A stretch of DNA of 64,000 nucleotides from positions 58,514 to 122,513 of the forward strand of contig CAZPMC010000002.1 of NCBI GenBank assembly GCA_964587755.1. Reading direction: 5' to 3'. Position 1 is the first letter of the stretch. Every line of letters begins with the position of its first letter. Positions 26,799-38,014 of the stretch are shown in pieces. The DNA comes from an uncultured Oscillospiraceae bacterium. GTDB taxonomy: Bacteria; Bacillota; Clostridia; Acetivibrionales; DTU013. The notes below the pieces were generated by a model. The model was not told the DNA's origin. It worked only from the letters and a program-made list of their open reading frames with translations, and made no database searches. Position numbers and translations under genes: made by a program.

Positions 26799-27479
26799 TT
26801 AGTATTTTCTTCCCGTGGCTACAACCAGCGCTGTTACCTTTAAAGCTCCTGCTTCCTTGAGCACCCTGCCGCATTCTTCAAGTGTGGCCCCTGTTGTCAT
26901 AATATCGTCCACTAATATTATCGATTTATTTTTAACCAATTCCGTATCTGTAATTGTAAAAGCACCTTTTATGTTTAGCCGTCTGTCCCTTTTGTCTAAA
27001 AGGCTTTGGGATCCGGTATTCTTCAGCCTTTTCATAGCTTTTGATTTCTCAGGTATTTGAATTTCTTTGCTTAAAGCCTTTGAAATAAGAAGGGCTTGAT
27101 TATATCCCCTGGCGTATTCCTTTTGCTTATGAAGCGGCACACTGATTAAAATATCATAATCCCCTGTGTGGGCCATATCCAAAAACCTTTTTGCCATAAG
27201 CTTTGCAAAAGTCCGGTAATAGCTTGGATTACTATAGAATTTAAATCTTATAAGAGAATCCTTTACTATGCCGGTGTACCGGAATACACTTATTGCCCCG
27301 TCACAAAAGTTCTCCTCCCCCTCCTGGCCTGTCCGTAAAAATTCCTTCTGTGCATAGGGCAAATTTTCATTACAGTGGCTGCATATATTTATTACACAGT
27401 TTAGACTCAGCATCTGCCTGCAAAAAATACATCTTGGTGGGTAAAATACATTTAAAACCTTACTTAATATCCCCACCAT
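26799..27479 (-). CDS. comFC: ComF family protein (phosphoribosyltransferase fold)
   Basis: 226 aa. N-terminal Cys-rich finger (RCIFC...CSHC) and PRTase motif IILVDDIMTTGATLEE. Confidence 0.85.
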   Translation of the reverse strand: MVGILSKVLNVFYPPRCIFCRQMLSLNCVINICSHCNENLPYAQKEFLRTGQEGEENFCDGAISVFRYTGIVKDSLIRFKFYSNPSYYRTFAKLMAKRFLDMAHTGDYDILISVPLHKQKEYARGYNQALLISKALSKEIQIPEKSKAMKRLKNTGSQSLLDKRDRRLNIKGAFTITDTELVKNKSIILVDDIMTTGATLEECGRVLKEAGALKVTALVVATGRKY

Positions 27480-27480
27480 A

Positions 27481-29715
27481 TCACCAGCCTCCTTTTATTA
27501 TATCGGCATATTCAGAAAAACTTTTTAGCTTTTCTAAAAGCCCCGAATACCTTAAGGCTTCTCTTTCGTTATCAACCATTCTTTGCAATGAGTACTCGTC
27601 CCCCACAAGAACAACCATTTTCTTAGCTCTTGTAACTGCTGTGTATAGTATATTCCTTGTCATCAATACCGGAGGTCCTGGGAAAACAGGCATTACAACC
27701 ACAGGAAATTCAGACCCCTGGCTTTTGTGTATTGTCATGGCAAAGGCAGGCTCAATCTCATCAAGAATACTGAAATCATATTCTGCCACCCTCTCATCAT
27801 CAAACAGGACTTCAATTATTCGTGCTTCTTCATCAATCCTTCGCAGCATCCCCACATCCCCGTTAAAGACACCAGTACCGTCGATCAGTCTGTTCTCCAG
27901 TTTTTCCCACCTGAGGCTGTAGTTGTTTTTCACCTGCATAACCCGGTCGCCTTCTCTGAATATATACCCTCTGTACTCTTTCTCAGCCTTTCTTTTACTT
28001 GCCGGATTCAACACCTTTTGCAGCTCTAAATTAAGATTTATAACCCCTGCCGGCCCCTTTTTTGATGGGGACAGAACCTGTATATCCTTCATTGGATCGA
28101 TTCCATATGCATCAGGCAGCCTTCTTGAGCAAAGGTCGACAACTGTGTTTACAATGTTATCCATGCCGCTGCGTGAAACAAGGAAAAAGTCCTTGTCATA
28201 GTTGTTTAGAAAAGGCATTTCTCCTTTGTTTATTCTGTGAGCATTAACAATAATCATGCTCTCTTCCGCCTGTCGGAATATCTCAGTTAATCTTACGGTT
28301 TTTACGACATTGCAGCGGATAATGTCCTCCAGTACACATCCCGCTCCTACAGAAGGAAGCTGGTCAGCGTCACCTGCCAATATCAGCCTGGTACCAGGAC
28401 TGATCGCCTTAAGAAGATGGTTCATAAGCAATACATCAACCATCGACATTTCATCAATTATTATCACGTCAGCTTCGATAGGATTGTTTTCATTTTTCTG
28501 AAAAAACAAGTCCTTCTCGTCAACTGCGGATCCTATTTCCAATAGTCTGTGAATGGTTTTTGCTTCAAAGCCGGCAGTCTCAGTCATCCTTTTTGCAGCT
28601 CTGCCTGTGGGCGCTGCCAATGCTACCTTAAGACCGTCTTCCATAAGCAGCTTTATTATGGCCTTGATTATTGTGGTTTTACCGGTCCCCGGACCGCCTG
28701 TTATAACCAGCACCCCGTTTATCATAGCCTGACGGATGGCTTCTGTCTGTAGCTGTGCCAGTTCAATCCCCTCATCCACCTGGTGCTTTTTAAGCTTGTC
28801 CTCAAAAGCTTCATTATCCAGCTCAAATCTGGCATGTGACAATGCAAGCAGTCTTTTACAAACACCCTGCTCCGCATTATAAAAGGATGAAAGATATATG
28901 TTGTTTGAATCATTACCTTTTTCACTTACTACAGCCCTGTCAAATATCAGGGAAATGAGTGCATCCTCTATGTCAAAATCCTCGACTCCCAGCAACTCAG
29001 AAGCCTTTTCTTTAAGAAATGCCTCAGGTACATATGTGTGTCCATTAGAAGCTGCATGAGATAATAAATACTTTATGCCGCTTTTTATGCGAAATTTTGA
29101 AACTGGATCAATGCCCAGCTTCATAGCTATTCTGTCTGCTGTTTTGAAGCCTATTCCGAAGATGTCCTCACACAAGCTGTATGGGTTTTCTTTTATCACC
29201 TGTATAGAATTATGAGCATAAGCCTTGTGGATCTTAACACATACCGTGGGACCGATACCATATTCCTGCAAAAACATGACAATTTCTCTTAAGCCCCGCT
29301 GCTCTTCTAATGCCCTGGCTATCGTTTCTGCCTTAGCCGGGCTGATGCCTTTTATTTCAGACAGCCTTTGAGGACTTTTCTCTATAATATCTAATGTCTT
29401 TTCTCCAAACCGTGCAACAATCTTAGCTGCTGTGGCAGGTCCCACACCCTTTACAATCCCCGAAGCCAGATACTTTTCAATGGCCTCAGTAGTTTGGGGC
29501 ATAACCTTTTCATAAATCTCTACCTTAAACTGATCACCATAGTCCGGATGAGCCACCCATCTACCGGTGGCCTTAATAGTCTCCCCAGAGTTTATAAACG
29601 GCATATACCCCACAGCCGTAATTCTTTCCTTACCGCTTAATATTTCACAAACAGTATAGCCGTTAGAATCATTTGAATATATGATATCTTCAACAATACC
29701 CTCGACAAAAACCAA
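27481..29715 (-). CDS. recD2: SF1B ATP-dependent DNA helicase RecD2
   Basis: 744 aa with a TTG start. Walker A VITGGPGTGKTT, IIIDEMSMVD, and C-terminal YTAVTRAKKMVVLVG. Confidence 0.88.
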   Translation of the reverse strand: MVFVEGIVEDIIYSNDSNGYTVCEILSGKERITAVGYMPFINSGETIKATGRWVAHPDYGDQFKVEIYEKVMPQTTEAIEKYLASGIVKGVGPATAAKIVARFGEKTLDIIEKSPQRLSEIKGISPAKAETIARALEEQRGLREIVMFLQEYGIGPTVCVKIHKAYAHNSIQVIKENPYSLCEDIFGIGFKTADRIAMKLGIDPVSKFRIKSGIKYLLSHAASNGHTYVPEAFLKEKASELLGVEDFDIEDALISLIFDRAVVSEKGNDSNNIYLSSFYNAEQGVCKRLLALSHARFELDNEAFEDKLKKHQVDEGIELAQLQTEAIRQAMINGVLVITGGPGTGKTTIIKAIIKLLMEDGLKVALAAPTGRAAKRMTETAGFEAKTIHRLLEIGSAVDEKDLFFQKNENNPIEADVIIIDEMSMVDVLLMNHLLKAISPGTRLILAGDADQLPSVGAGCVLEDIIRCNVVKTVRLTEIFRQAEESMIIVNAHRINKGEMPFLNNYDKDFFLVSRSGMDNIVNTVVDLCSRRLPDAYGIDPMKDIQVLSPSKKGPAGVINLNLELQKVLNPASKRKAEKEYRGYIFREGDRVMQVKNNYSLRWEKLENRLIDGTGVFNGDVGMLRRIDEEARIIEVLFDDERVAEYDFSILDEIEPAFAMTIHKSQGSEFPVVVMPVFPGPPVLMTRNILYTAVTRAKKMVVLVGDEYSLQRMVDNEREALRYSGLLEKLKSFSEYADIIKGGW

Positions 29716-29777
29716 AGCCTTCTCCCCACACTTATGGCACTACACCACAGATTTATAAACCTGTATTATAGTATATC

Positions 29778-30149
29778 CTACTTTTGGGAATGTGAAAAGA
29801 TAGCTGTTTCGTCAAAAATATTCTCTCTTTCGTTAAAACGCAATACTTCAATATTTTGAAAATACCTTTTAAGCTTCTTTGTTATTAAGTATGTATTGTC
29901 TGTGGAATTTATATCAACAATACTAATATTTTTGTTTGGCAGCACCCCCGTCAAAAAGTCCTTTCCAGCAAGATTCCTTACTACATACTCAATGCAATCC
30001 TCTGCGTCCTTAACAAGAAGCACCAATTTTATGCTCTGGCACTTAATATGGCTTTTCAACCGGATTAATCCCACTACACTGCTTATTAGCGAAAACATTC
30101 CATAAACTGCAAGTATCCATAAAATCAACTCAGTAATTTTTAAAGGCAT
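29778..30149 (-). CDS. hypothetical small membrane-anchored protein
   Basis: The ATG at 30149 (GGGAGA RBS) gives 123 aa with one N-terminal TM helix (ELILWILAVYGMFSLISSVVGLI). The soluble part loosely resembles the first strands of a GT2 fold (ISIVDINSTDNT). The longer 216-aa form would overlap the divergent HD-GYP gene. Confidence 0.5.
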   Translation of the reverse strand: MPLKITELILWILAVYGMFSLISSVVGLIRLKSHIKCQSIKLVLLVKDAEDCIEYVVRNLAGKDFLTGVLPNKNISIVDINSTDNTYLITKKLKRYFQNIEVLRFNERENIFDETAIFSHSQK

Positions 30150-30249
30150 TTTATCTCCCTTTCCCATACCAAATCCGAATAATATTATAATATTCAAATT
30201 TTGATATAAAAGTGTTATAATGGTGCTATATGTTATTAGAGGAGGAATT

Positions 30250-31305
30250 ATGATTACTCTTCCTTTATCAGAGATTAAACCGGGTATGAAGCTTGCAAGG
30301 GATGTTATCCTAAGCGACGGGAGACTTCTCCTTATGGCAGGTTTTTTTATAAAGCCTCTATACATAAGAAAACTTGAAGCCTTCAATGTCACACATATTA
30401 CAGTCGAAGACTGCTCATATACTCCCATTGAAGAAAATGAAGAAGAAAAAGTTTATAATCATGCCAAAAGCACTGTAAAAAAGATTTTTACCCATGTCAG
30501 GGAAGGAAAACACGCTGACATGGATGAAGTGGAAAGTACTGTAAGAAAGATATTAAACAATATCATCTTAAATGAAAATATCATGCTTCAGCTCACGGGT
30601 ATAAGGGACATAGACAATTATACATTTCTGCATTCGGTAGATGTCTGCATTTATTCCACAATTATCGGTAAAAAGCTGGGTTATAATGATGAACACCTTA
30701 TGCACCTCGGTATGGGTTCCATTTTACATGATATCGGCAAGTGCAAGGTGCCCATACACATTCTCAAAAAGCCCGGCAAACTTACAAACGAAGAATTAAG
30801 TGAAATGTATCTGCACTCAGTCTATGGATATGAAATTATAAAGAATATATATGGAATGAATGCTAAAATAGCCAGAATTGCTTTTCAACACCACGAGAAA
30901 TGGGATGGCTCCGGGTATCCTTTAGGTCTCACAGAAACCTTAATCGACCCCCTGTCAAGAATCGTATCCCTTGCCGATGTATACGATGCCCTCACATCAG
31001 ACAGGGTATATAAAAAGAGGACCCTCCCCCATATAGCAGCCGAATACATTAAGAGAAATTCAGGCATACTTTTTGAACCCTATATTGTGGAGCTATTTAT
31101 AGAAAATATCGCCGCCTATAGCAACGGTACACTGGTTTTACTCAATACAGGCGAGGTAGGAACCATCATTGCCGAAAAAGATTCAAAGAATACCAGACAA
31201 AAAGTATATGTTTTTTCGAACAAATCAGGTCCTCCTGTATTGCAGCCTTACATTGTAGATCTAAATGAACACAAGGATGTGGATATCGTAGAAGTTTTTA
31301 TATAG
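30250..31305 (+). CDS. HD-GYP domain protein (putative c-di-GMP phosphodiesterase)
   Basis: ORF 30220..31305. The ATG at 30250 follows AGAGGAGG. Motifs: LHDIGK, HHEKWDGSGYPLGL. Confidence 0.85.
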   Translation: MITLPLSEIKPGMKLARDVILSDGRLLLMAGFFIKPLYIRKLEAFNVTHITVEDCSYTPIEENEEEKVYNHAKSTVKKIFTHVREGKHADMDEVESTVRKILNNIILNENIMLQLTGIRDIDNYTFLHSVDVCIYSTIIGKKLGYNDEHLMHLGMGSILHDIGKCKVPIHILKKPGKLTNEELSEMYLHSVYGYEIIKNIYGMNAKIARIAFQHHEKWDGSGYPLGLTETLIDPLSRIVSLADVYDALTSDRVYKKRTLPHIAAEYIKRNSGILFEPYIVELFIENIAAYSNGTLVLLNTGEVGTIIAEKDSKNTRQKVYVFSNKSGPPVLQPYIVDLNEHKDVDIVEVFI

Positions 31306-31311
31306 CTTCTA

Positions 31312-32508
31312 TTAAACCAAAGCGTCAGCCGCCTTCTTCAGCACTTGGGCTTTATCAGTCCTCTCCCACGTCAGATCCAGGTCATCTCTCCCGAAGTGTC
31401 CATACGCCGCTAGTTGTTTATATATAGGCCTTCTAAGATTAAGATCTCTGATAATTGCAGCAGGTCTCAGATCAAAATTTTCTCTTACAAGCTGTACCAG
31501 TTTTTCTTCCGGCAATTTCCCGGTGCCGAAAGTATCAATAAATATTGAAACAGGCTCGGCTACCCCGATAGCATATGCCAGCTGAACCTCTGCTTTACTT
31601 GCAAGCCCCGAAGCAACAATATTTTTTGCCACGTAGCGCGCAGCATAAGCTGCCGAGCGATCCACCTTAGTGGGGTCCTTCCCCGAAAAAGCTCCTCCGC
31701 CGTGCCGCGCATATCCGCCATAGGTATCAACAATAATTTTTCTCCCCGTCAGGCCTGAATCTCCCTTAGGTCCTCCAACAACAAATCTGCCTGTGGGATT
31801 TACTAAAAATCTTGTGTTTTTGTCAAGCAATTCTTCTGGAATCACTGACTTTATAACAATGTTTATTATATCTCTTTCCAGCACATCATGAGAGACTTCC
31901 TCGCTATGCTGCGTTGATATAACTACTGTATCTACCCTTACAGGCTTGTCCTCATCGTATTCGACAGTAACCTGGGATTTCCCGTCAGGTCTTAGATAAT
32001 TAAGAGTACCGTTTTTACGGACGTCCGAAAGCTTCTTAACAAGCTTGTGTGCCAGCGATATGGGCATGGGCATAAGCTCCTTAGTCTCATTGCACGCGAA
32101 CCCGAACATCATTCCCTGATCTCCTGCTCCTATCGCCTCGTCCTTTGCATCGGACATTTCCCCTTTTTTAGCCTCGAGGGCCTTGTCAACACCCATTGCT
32201 ATGTCCCCTGACTGTTCCCCGATAGAGGTAAGTACTGCGCAGGTATCCCCATCGAACCCGTATTTAGCTCTGTCATAGCCAATCTCTTTAACTGTATCTC
32301 TAACCACCTGTTGGATGTCAACGTAACAGCTTGTTGATATTTCCCCCATTACAAGTACAAGTCCTGTTGTAACTGCGGTTTCACAAGCTACCCGTGCATC
32401 GGGATCCTCTTTTAAAATGCTGTCCAATACCGCATCTGATATCTGATCGCAAATTTTATCCGGGTGACCCTCGGTAACCGATTCAGATGTAAAAAATCTT
32501 TTTGGCAA
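31312..32508 (-). CDS. metK: S-adenosylmethionine synthase
   Basis: Motifs [19 protein letters not shown] and [16 protein letters not shown]. The ORF extends to 32541, but the TTG at 32508 with GGGGAG 8 nt upstream gives the canonical (M)[10 protein letters not shown]-terminus. Confidence 0.93.
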   Translation of the reverse strand: MPKRFFTSESVTEGHPDKICDQISDAVLDSILKEDPDARVACETAVTTGLVLVMGEISTSCYVDIQQVVRDTVKEIGYDRAKYGFDGDTCAVLTSIGEQSGDIAMGVDKALEAKKGEMSDAKDEAIGAGDQGMMFGFACNETKELMPMPISLAHKLVKKLSDVRKNGTLNYLRPDGKSQVTVEYDEDKPVRVDTVVISTQHSEEVSHDVLERDIINIVIKSVIPEELLDKNTRFLVNPTGRFVVGGPKGDSGLTGRKIIVDTYGGYARHGGGAFSGKDPTKVDRSAAYAARYVAKNIVASGLASKAEVQLAYAIGVAEPVSIFIDTFGTGKLPEEKLVQLVRENFDLRPAAIIRDLNLRRPIYKQLAAYGHFGRDDLDLTWERTDKAQVLKKAADALV

Positions 32509-32559
32509 AATTTCTTCTCCCCTTTCAAACTCTTTATGCAAGCTGTAAAAATACTTCTA

Positions 32560-32716
32560 CAAAGAATAAGCCTCTTCCCTGAGAGCGAAGAGGCTTTAAT
32601 GCAATATTCCTCATCTTCCAGGATAGAATCAAATCCTGCAGGAATTGGCACCGCTGCCTTTCGGTCGGTTGCCGGGTTTCATAGGGCCCAGTCCCTCCAC
32701 CTCTCTTGATAAGGGC
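32560..32716 (-). promoter_or_regulatory. SAM-I (S-box) riboswitch with terminator, metK leader
   Basis: Minus strand reads CTTATCAAGAGAGGTGGAGGGACTGGGCCCTATGAAACCCGGCAACC...GGTGCCAATTCCTGCAGG...AGATGAGG (32609..32715). This matches the S-box core nearly base for base. It is followed by the hairpin AAGCCTCTTC-GCTCTCAGG-GAAGAGGCTT and a T-rich tail (32560..32598). Confidence 0.92.
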
Positions 32717-32735
32717 TTATTCAATTTTTATTTAA

Positions 32736-34553
32736 TCAATAAGCTCCTGAAAACAATGCCTCAAATTCGGCACCTTCCAGCTTTTCCTTCTCCAGCAAAG
32801 CTTCTGCTATTCTGTGGAGAACAGTAATGTGTTCATTGAGTATTGCCTTTGTTCTCTCATAAGCCGTATCAATAAGATTTTTGACCTCCTTATCGATTTG
32901 AGCGGCTATCTCTTCACTATATCCTCTTGTATGTCCGAAATCTCTTCCGATGAATATTTCATCATTTTCATCAAATACCATGTTTCCGAGATTCTCACTC
33001 ATACCATATTTGGTTATCATACTCCTTGCAACACTATTTGCTTGCTTAAGGTCACCTAAAGCACCGGTGCTTATCTCACCCAGAACAATATCCTCAGCAG
33101 CCCGTCCGCCCATGGCTATAATTATCTGCTCCATGAGTTGTTCCTTTGTATGGTAGGATTTATCCTCATCCGGCTTATGTGCAGTATAACCTCCGGCTCT
33201 TCCCGACGGTATGATTGAGACTCTATCAACCTTGTCGGTAGAAGAGGCGACCTTTACTGCTATTGCATGACCTGCTTCATGGTACGCTGTAAGCTTCTTT
33301 TCCTTTTCACTCATTACCCTGCTCTTCTTCTCAGGTCCTACAACAACCTTGAAGGTTGCTTCCTTTATCTCTTCCATTTCAATTCTTTTCTTGTTCTTTC
33401 TTGCCGCAAGCAGTGCAGCTTCATTTAAAAGATTTTCAAGATCTGCCCCTGTGAAGCCCGGTGTGCTCTTTGCCAGCTCATCCAGCTTAACATCGGAGCC
33501 TAAGGGCTTGCCCCTTGCGTGCACCTTCAGTATCTGTTCACGCCCTTTAATATCCGGCAGGCCAACAAATACTCTTCTGTCAAATCTTCCTGGTCTGAGC
33601 AATGCAGGGTCCAGAATATCCGGCCTGTTTGTAGCAGCCAAAATAATGACTCCTTCATTTACACCAAAGCCGTCCATTTCAACGAGCAACTGGTTTAGCG
33701 TCTGCTCGCGCTCATCGTGACCGCCACCCATGCCGGCTCCTCTGTGGCGTCCCACTGCATCAATTTCATCGATGAATACAATACATGGGGCATTCTTTTT
33801 TGCCTGTTCGAATAAATCCCTGACTCTGGATGCACCGACACCTACAAACATCTCAACAAAGTCGGAGCCGCTTATACTAAAAAAAGGTACTCCAGCTTCC
33901 CCCGAAACTGCCTTTGCCAACAGCGTTTTACCTGTTCCAGGAGGTCCCACTAAAAGCACTCCCTTTGGAATTCTCGCTCCAAGCTCAATAAACTTTTTAG
34001 GTGCTTTAAGAAATTCAACAATTTCCTTGAGTTCTTCCTTCTCTTCGTCAGCACCGGCAACATCCTCAAATGTTACCTTCTTTTTATCGTCTGTACTTAT
34101 CTTGGCACGGCTCTTACCGAAAGACATTACTCTATTGCCCCCGCCACCCTGGGACTGCTGCATAAAGAATATCCAGAATATTATGAATACTGCAATCACG
34201 CCAACCGTAGGCAGGATCGCAAGCCACCAGGGCGCTGAAGGCTGGGGCTTTACCTTAAAGTCTTTGACCAGTCCCTGGTTGTATGCATCTGTCACCATTT
34301 CCGTAAAGCTGTCAGCAGACGATATATATACAACATATGTTTTATTTTTCGAATCCTTGTTTGGATTAACCAGCTCAACTGTTGCCTCGTTACCCATTAA
34401 AGTTATACTTTGGACATTGTTGCTTTGTATCTGATTCAGCATCTCAGTATAGCTTAATTGCGCGGGATTACCCGTGCTTGTGAATAGTGTAAACATGAAC
34501 AGCACTATTACAATGAGCACTATATAAAAGCTTAAACCCTTAAAATACTTCAA
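32736..34553 (-). CDS. ftsH: ATP-dependent zinc metalloprotease FtsH
   Basis: 605 aa. Two TM helices, Walker A GPPGTGKT, the SRH region, and the zinc site HEAGHA. Confidence 0.95.
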   Translation of the reverse strand: MKYFKGLSFYIVLIVIVLFMFTLFTSTGNPAQLSYTEMLNQIQSNNVQSITLMGNEATVELVNPNKDSKNKTYVVYISSADSFTEMVTDAYNQGLVKDFKVKPQPSAPWWLAILPTVGVIAVFIIFWIFFMQQSQGGGGNRVMSFGKSRAKISTDDKKKVTFEDVAGADEEKEELKEIVEFLKAPKKFIELGARIPKGVLLVGPPGTGKTLLAKAVSGEAGVPFFSISGSDFVEMFVGVGASRVRDLFEQAKKNAPCIVFIDEIDAVGRHRGAGMGGGHDEREQTLNQLLVEMDGFGVNEGVIILAATNRPDILDPALLRPGRFDRRVFVGLPDIKGREQILKVHARGKPLGSDVKLDELAKSTPGFTGADLENLLNEAALLAARKNKKRIEMEEIKEATFKVVVGPEKKSRVMSEKEKKLTAYHEAGHAIAVKVASSTDKVDRVSIIPSGRAGGYTAHKPDEDKSYHTKEQLMEQIIIAMGGRAAEDIVLGEISTGALGDLKQANSVARSMITKYGMSENLGNMVFDENDEIFIGRDFGHTRGYSEEIAAQIDKEVKNLIDTAYERTKAILNEHITVLHRIAEALLEKEKLEGAEFEALFSGAY

Positions 34554-34691
34554 ATAATCTCCCTCCCGGTAATAGCACTGGGTTTCTCCCCCAATTTATT
34601 TATTATATTACCATAAACATTTTTTTAACACAATAAAACCAAAACCTATAAGCTATATACTTAAAGCTCTTAGAATAGTCTGATATAACGG

Positions 34692-35231
34692 CTAACTTGA
34701 ATAAATTTCACTCTTCAAAGTGCAAACATCCGGCAGATTACGATATTTACCCGCATAGTCTAAGCCATATCCAACGATAAACTTGTCAGGTACGACAATT
34801 CCCCCGTATTCTATTTCAATGTCAACCTTTCTTCTTGACGGCTTATCTAAGGCAGTGCATCTCTTAACACTTTTCGGGCCTCTTGTATTGAAGAGATCCT
34901 TTAGATGTCTTAGTGTCAGGCCTGTATCTACCAAATCCTCAACAATAAGGACATGCTTGTCTGCCACACTCATATCCATATCCTTTATTATCCTGACAAC
35001 ACCTGAGGATTTTGTTGACGCACCATAGCTTGAAACTGCAATTAAATCCATATCAACAGGTATCGATATCTCTCTCATTAAATCAGCCAAAAACACAAAG
35101 CCGCCTTTTAAAACACCTACCAGGATAAGCTCTTCGTTCTTATAATCTTCTGATATACGCTTGCCAAGCCGCTTTACCATCTGTGCTATCTCTTCACGGC
35201 TTACCAATACTTCTTCAACATCCCCCATCAT
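34692..35231 (-). CDS. hpt: hypoxanthine phosphoribosyltransferase
   Basis: 179 aa. PRPP motif VLIVEDLVDTGLT. 4-nt overlap with tilS, and tilS-hpt-ftsH synteny. Confidence 0.9.
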   Translation of the reverse strand: MMGDVEEVLVSREEIAQMVKRLGKRISEDYKNEELILVGVLKGGFVFLADLMREISIPVDMDLIAVSSYGASTKSSGVVRIIKDMDMSVADKHVLIVEDLVDTGLTLRHLKDLFNTRGPKSVKRCTALDKPSRRKVDIEIEYGGIVVPDKFIVGYGLDYAGKYRNLPDVCTLKSEIYSS

Positions 35232-36664
35232 AATGACGCCCTCCGTTTGTATTCGATTTTTAATATATTATTAGTATTTTCAGTAACTTTAAATTTATCA
35301 CTTATTTTATATCCAACTACCCATATTACCTCGTTTTTGACACACACAAGAGGAATTTGCTCTCTTAAGTCCTTGGGGATCTTCATATCTATAAAATATT
35401 CCTTAAGCTTCTTTGTGCCATTTGAACCAATAGGCTTAAATATATCTCCAATTCTGCGGCTTCTTAGATTTATTCCCATGTTAAGCGTGTCGTAATCAAA
35501 AAGTTGCACTAAAGAATTATAACTCACTGGTGCATATTTATCAATAATTTGACGTTTTTCTACCGAAGTACAAACCATATCCCCTGTCTCATCAATAATT
35601 GTAGTGCCGGGAATAATAATTTGTTTGTCGAATATTACGCTTTTTTTATTTTCATTTAATATAAAAATTTTGAGAACCCCATATGATATAGAACCTCTTA
35701 AACCATTGGGCAGCTCAGCCACAGAGCCGGTTTTGCCTGAGGTTAAAAGCTCCGAGAGCATTGAATAATGAATTCTTCCAATCCCTTTAGCATCACCTGC
35801 TACATCTATAATAGCCAGCCTCAAAACCCTGCTAAGAATTGCTGGATGAAGCTGATTAAGGCTATTAATATCTAATTCCACATGCTTGTCAAGTTTATTT
35901 TTTAAACAATTCTCATATGCTTTTAATGCACACTGCTCTATAAAGCTGTCATCATCGTAAGCAAGCTGGGAGAGCCTTACAAGGCTCTGTGTAATATTTG
36001 CTCCAAAACTCGTGTCTATATAGGGAAAAAGCGTAAGGCGAACTCTGTTTCGGGCATATTCATCCTCTAGATTGGACATGTCGGTCCTTGGCATTAGCCC
36101 AGCTTCATTGCAATACCTTTCAATTTCATCTCTTTCTATATCAAGAAGCGGTCTAATTACAGCACCCCTTTTGTACTCCATTCCAATTAACCCGTTAAGA
36201 CCTGTACCTCTGATAATATTCATCATAACCGTTTCAGCCTGATCGTTTTTATTGTGGGCAACAGCAATTTTACCGGCTCCCACTTTTTTTGCATAGTCTT
36301 CAAACTCTTTATATCTTACCTGCCTGCCTGCGGTCTCTATTGACACTCCTTGCTCCTTTGCAATAGCCGCCACATCAGCCCTTACTGTTGAAAGGGTCAA
36401 GCCCAGCTCATTGCAAAGTCTTTCCGTATATTCCTCATCAGCCAGGGCGTCTTCACCCCTGAGCATATGATTTATATGTATCGGATAGAGCTTAATATTT
36501 AGATGAGTTGAAAGAGAATAAAGCACATGGAGAAGGCAGACAGAGTCCGGACCTCCAGAGACCCCGACAATCACCCTGTCTCCTGAATTTATAAGGTGTT
36601 TTAGCTGTATAGTCTTTAAAACCTTCTGTTGGAAATTAATTATATTATTACTATCTATAATCAT
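35228..36664 (-). CDS. tilS: tRNA(Ile)-lysidine synthetase
   Basis: 478 aa. PP-loop VGVSGGPDS and the TilS C-terminal domain. Confidence 0.9.
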   Translation of the reverse strand: MIIDSNNIINFQQKVLKTIQLKHLINSGDRVIVGVSGGPDSVCLLHVLYSLSTHLNIKLYPIHINHMLRGEDALADEEYTERLCNELGLTLSTVRADVAAIAKEQGVSIETAGRQVRYKEFEDYAKKVGAGKIAVAHNKNDQAETVMMNIIRGTGLNGLIGMEYKRGAVIRPLLDIERDEIERYCNEAGLMPRTDMSNLEDEYARNRVRLTLFPYIDTSFGANITQSLVRLSQLAYDDDSFIEQCALKAYENCLKNKLDKHVELDINSLNQLHPAILSRVLRLAIIDVAGDAKGIGRIHYSMLSELLTSGKTGSVAELPNGLRGSISYGVLKIFILNENKKSVIFDKQIIIPGTTIIDETGDMVCTSVEKRQIIDKYAPVSYNSLVQLFDYDTLNMGINLRSRRIGDIFKPIGSNGTKKLKEYFIDMKIPKDLREQIPLVCVKNEVIWVVGYKISDKFKVTENTNNILKIEYKRRASL

Positions 36665-38012
36665 CCCTCTTCAAATTTGCAAACTTAGTATATTCACCAA
36701 ACCATCTAAGTTCTACTGTACCTGTAGAGCCATTTCTGTGTTTTGCAATTATTACCTCAGCAATATTTTTCTTTTCTGTTTCAGGGTTGTAATAATCATC
36801 TCTGTAAAGAAACATAACTATATCCGCATCCTGCTCAATAGCTCCTGATTCTCTAAGGTCACTTAGCATCGGTCTGTGATCTTGCCTTGATTCGGGGCCA
36901 CGGCTTAACTGAGATAAAGTAACAACCGGTACATTAAGCTCCTTTGCTAAAATCTTTAAAGATCTGGAAATCTCCGATACCTCCTGTTGTCTGTTCTCCA
37001 CTCTTCCCCTGCCCTGCATAAGCTGGAGATAGTCGATTACCACAAGTCCGAGATTTTTTTCAAGCTTAAGCCTTCTGCATTTTGCCCTTATATCCATAAC
37101 AGTTATACCAGGTGTATCGTCGATGTATATGGGAGCTTCCGAAAGGGGTGCTAATGCCTGGGCGATTTTATTCCAGTCATCATCTGAAAGCTTCCCGGTT
37201 CTCATTTTATGACTGTCCACCATTACTTCGCTGCACAGCATTCTGTTGACAAGCTGATCCTTTGACATTTCAAGGTTAAATATAGCTACAGGCACCCTCT
37301 TTTGTACAGCTGCATACTGTGCTATATTAAGCCCCATAGCTGTTTTTCCCATGCCCGGTCTTGCCGCTATCAATATAAGGTCCGAGTTTTGGAGTCCGGC
37401 AGTTTTTAAATCCAAGTCGGTAAAGCCTGTTGGAATGCCGGTTATATAACCTTTACTGTTATATAGCTCCTCAAGGCGGTTAAAGGTCTCCAGTAAAACA
37501 TCCTTAATATGAGTAAAGCCTTGAGTGCCTCTTTTTTGAAGTATATCAAAAATGCTCTTCTCAGCCTTGTCCAGCACATATACCGCATCTTCCGAAGCAT
37601 CATAGCTTATTTGAGAAATTTCCGCTGCAGCTTTTATCAATTTTCTAAGTAAGGATTTCTCCTCGACAATTTTAGTGTAATATTTGGCGTTGGCAGTGGT
37701 AGGTACAGAATTTGTAATGCTTGAAAGGTATTCAAGGCCTCCCACATTCTCAAGAGTACCCCTCACCTGTAATTGCTCTGAGACCGTAATAATATCGATA
37801 GATGCAGCCTTCTCAGAGAGGTCTATTATGGCCTCACATATTTCCCTGTGGTCAGGTCTGTAAAAATCCTCACCTTTGATAAGCTCCAATACCGACGGTA
37901 TTACATCCGGATCCAAAATCATGCACCCGAGTACTGCCTGTTCCGCTTCAATATTGTGTGGAGGTATTTTTCCAATTGAACTTATATCCACAATCAGGGC
38001 CCCTTCCAGCAA
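36651..38012 (-). CDS. dnaB: replicative DNA helicase (DnaB family)
   Basis: 453 aa. PPHNIEAEQAVLG N-terminus, Walker A ARPGMGKTA, IDYLQLM. Confidence 0.93.
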   Translation of the reverse strand: MLEGALIVDISSIGKIPPHNIEAEQAVLGCMILDPDVIPSVLELIKGEDFYRPDHREICEAIIDLSEKAASIDIITVSEQLQVRGTLENVGGLEYLSSITNSVPTTANAKYYTKIVEEKSLLRKLIKAAAEISQISYDASEDAVYVLDKAEKSIFDILQKRGTQGFTHIKDVLLETFNRLEELYNSKGYITGIPTGFTDLDLKTAGLQNSDLILIAARPGMGKTAMGLNIAQYAAVQKRVPVAIFNLEMSKDQLVNRMLCSEVMVDSHKMRTGKLSDDDWNKIAQALAPLSEAPIYIDDTPGITVMDIRAKCRRLKLEKNLGLVVIDYLQLMQGRGRVENRQQEVSEISRSLKILAKELNVPVVTLSQLSRGPESRQDHRPMLSDLRESGAIEQDADIVMFLYRDDYYNPETEKKNIAEVIIAKHRNGSTGTVELRWFGEYTKFANLKRDDYR

Positions 38013-38014
38013 AA

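Noticed and set aside
27293-27922. 209-aa plus-strand ORF spanning the comFC/recD2 junction
   Set aside because: It is antisense to two well-supported genes and has no recognisable motifs.
29778-30428. Long 216-aa version of the ORF upstream of recD2
   Set aside because: The first ~90 codons overlap the HD-GYP gene and its RBS on the other strand. The internal ATG at 30149 has a proper RBS and gives a sensible N-terminal TM helix.
33730-34434. 234-aa plus-strand ORF, with neighbours at 33349..33720 and 32950..33156
   Set aside because: It is entirely antisense to ftsH, whose identity is unambiguous. The composition is Ser/Pro/Thr-rich, typical of the reverse frame of a GC-richer gene, and there is no RBS.
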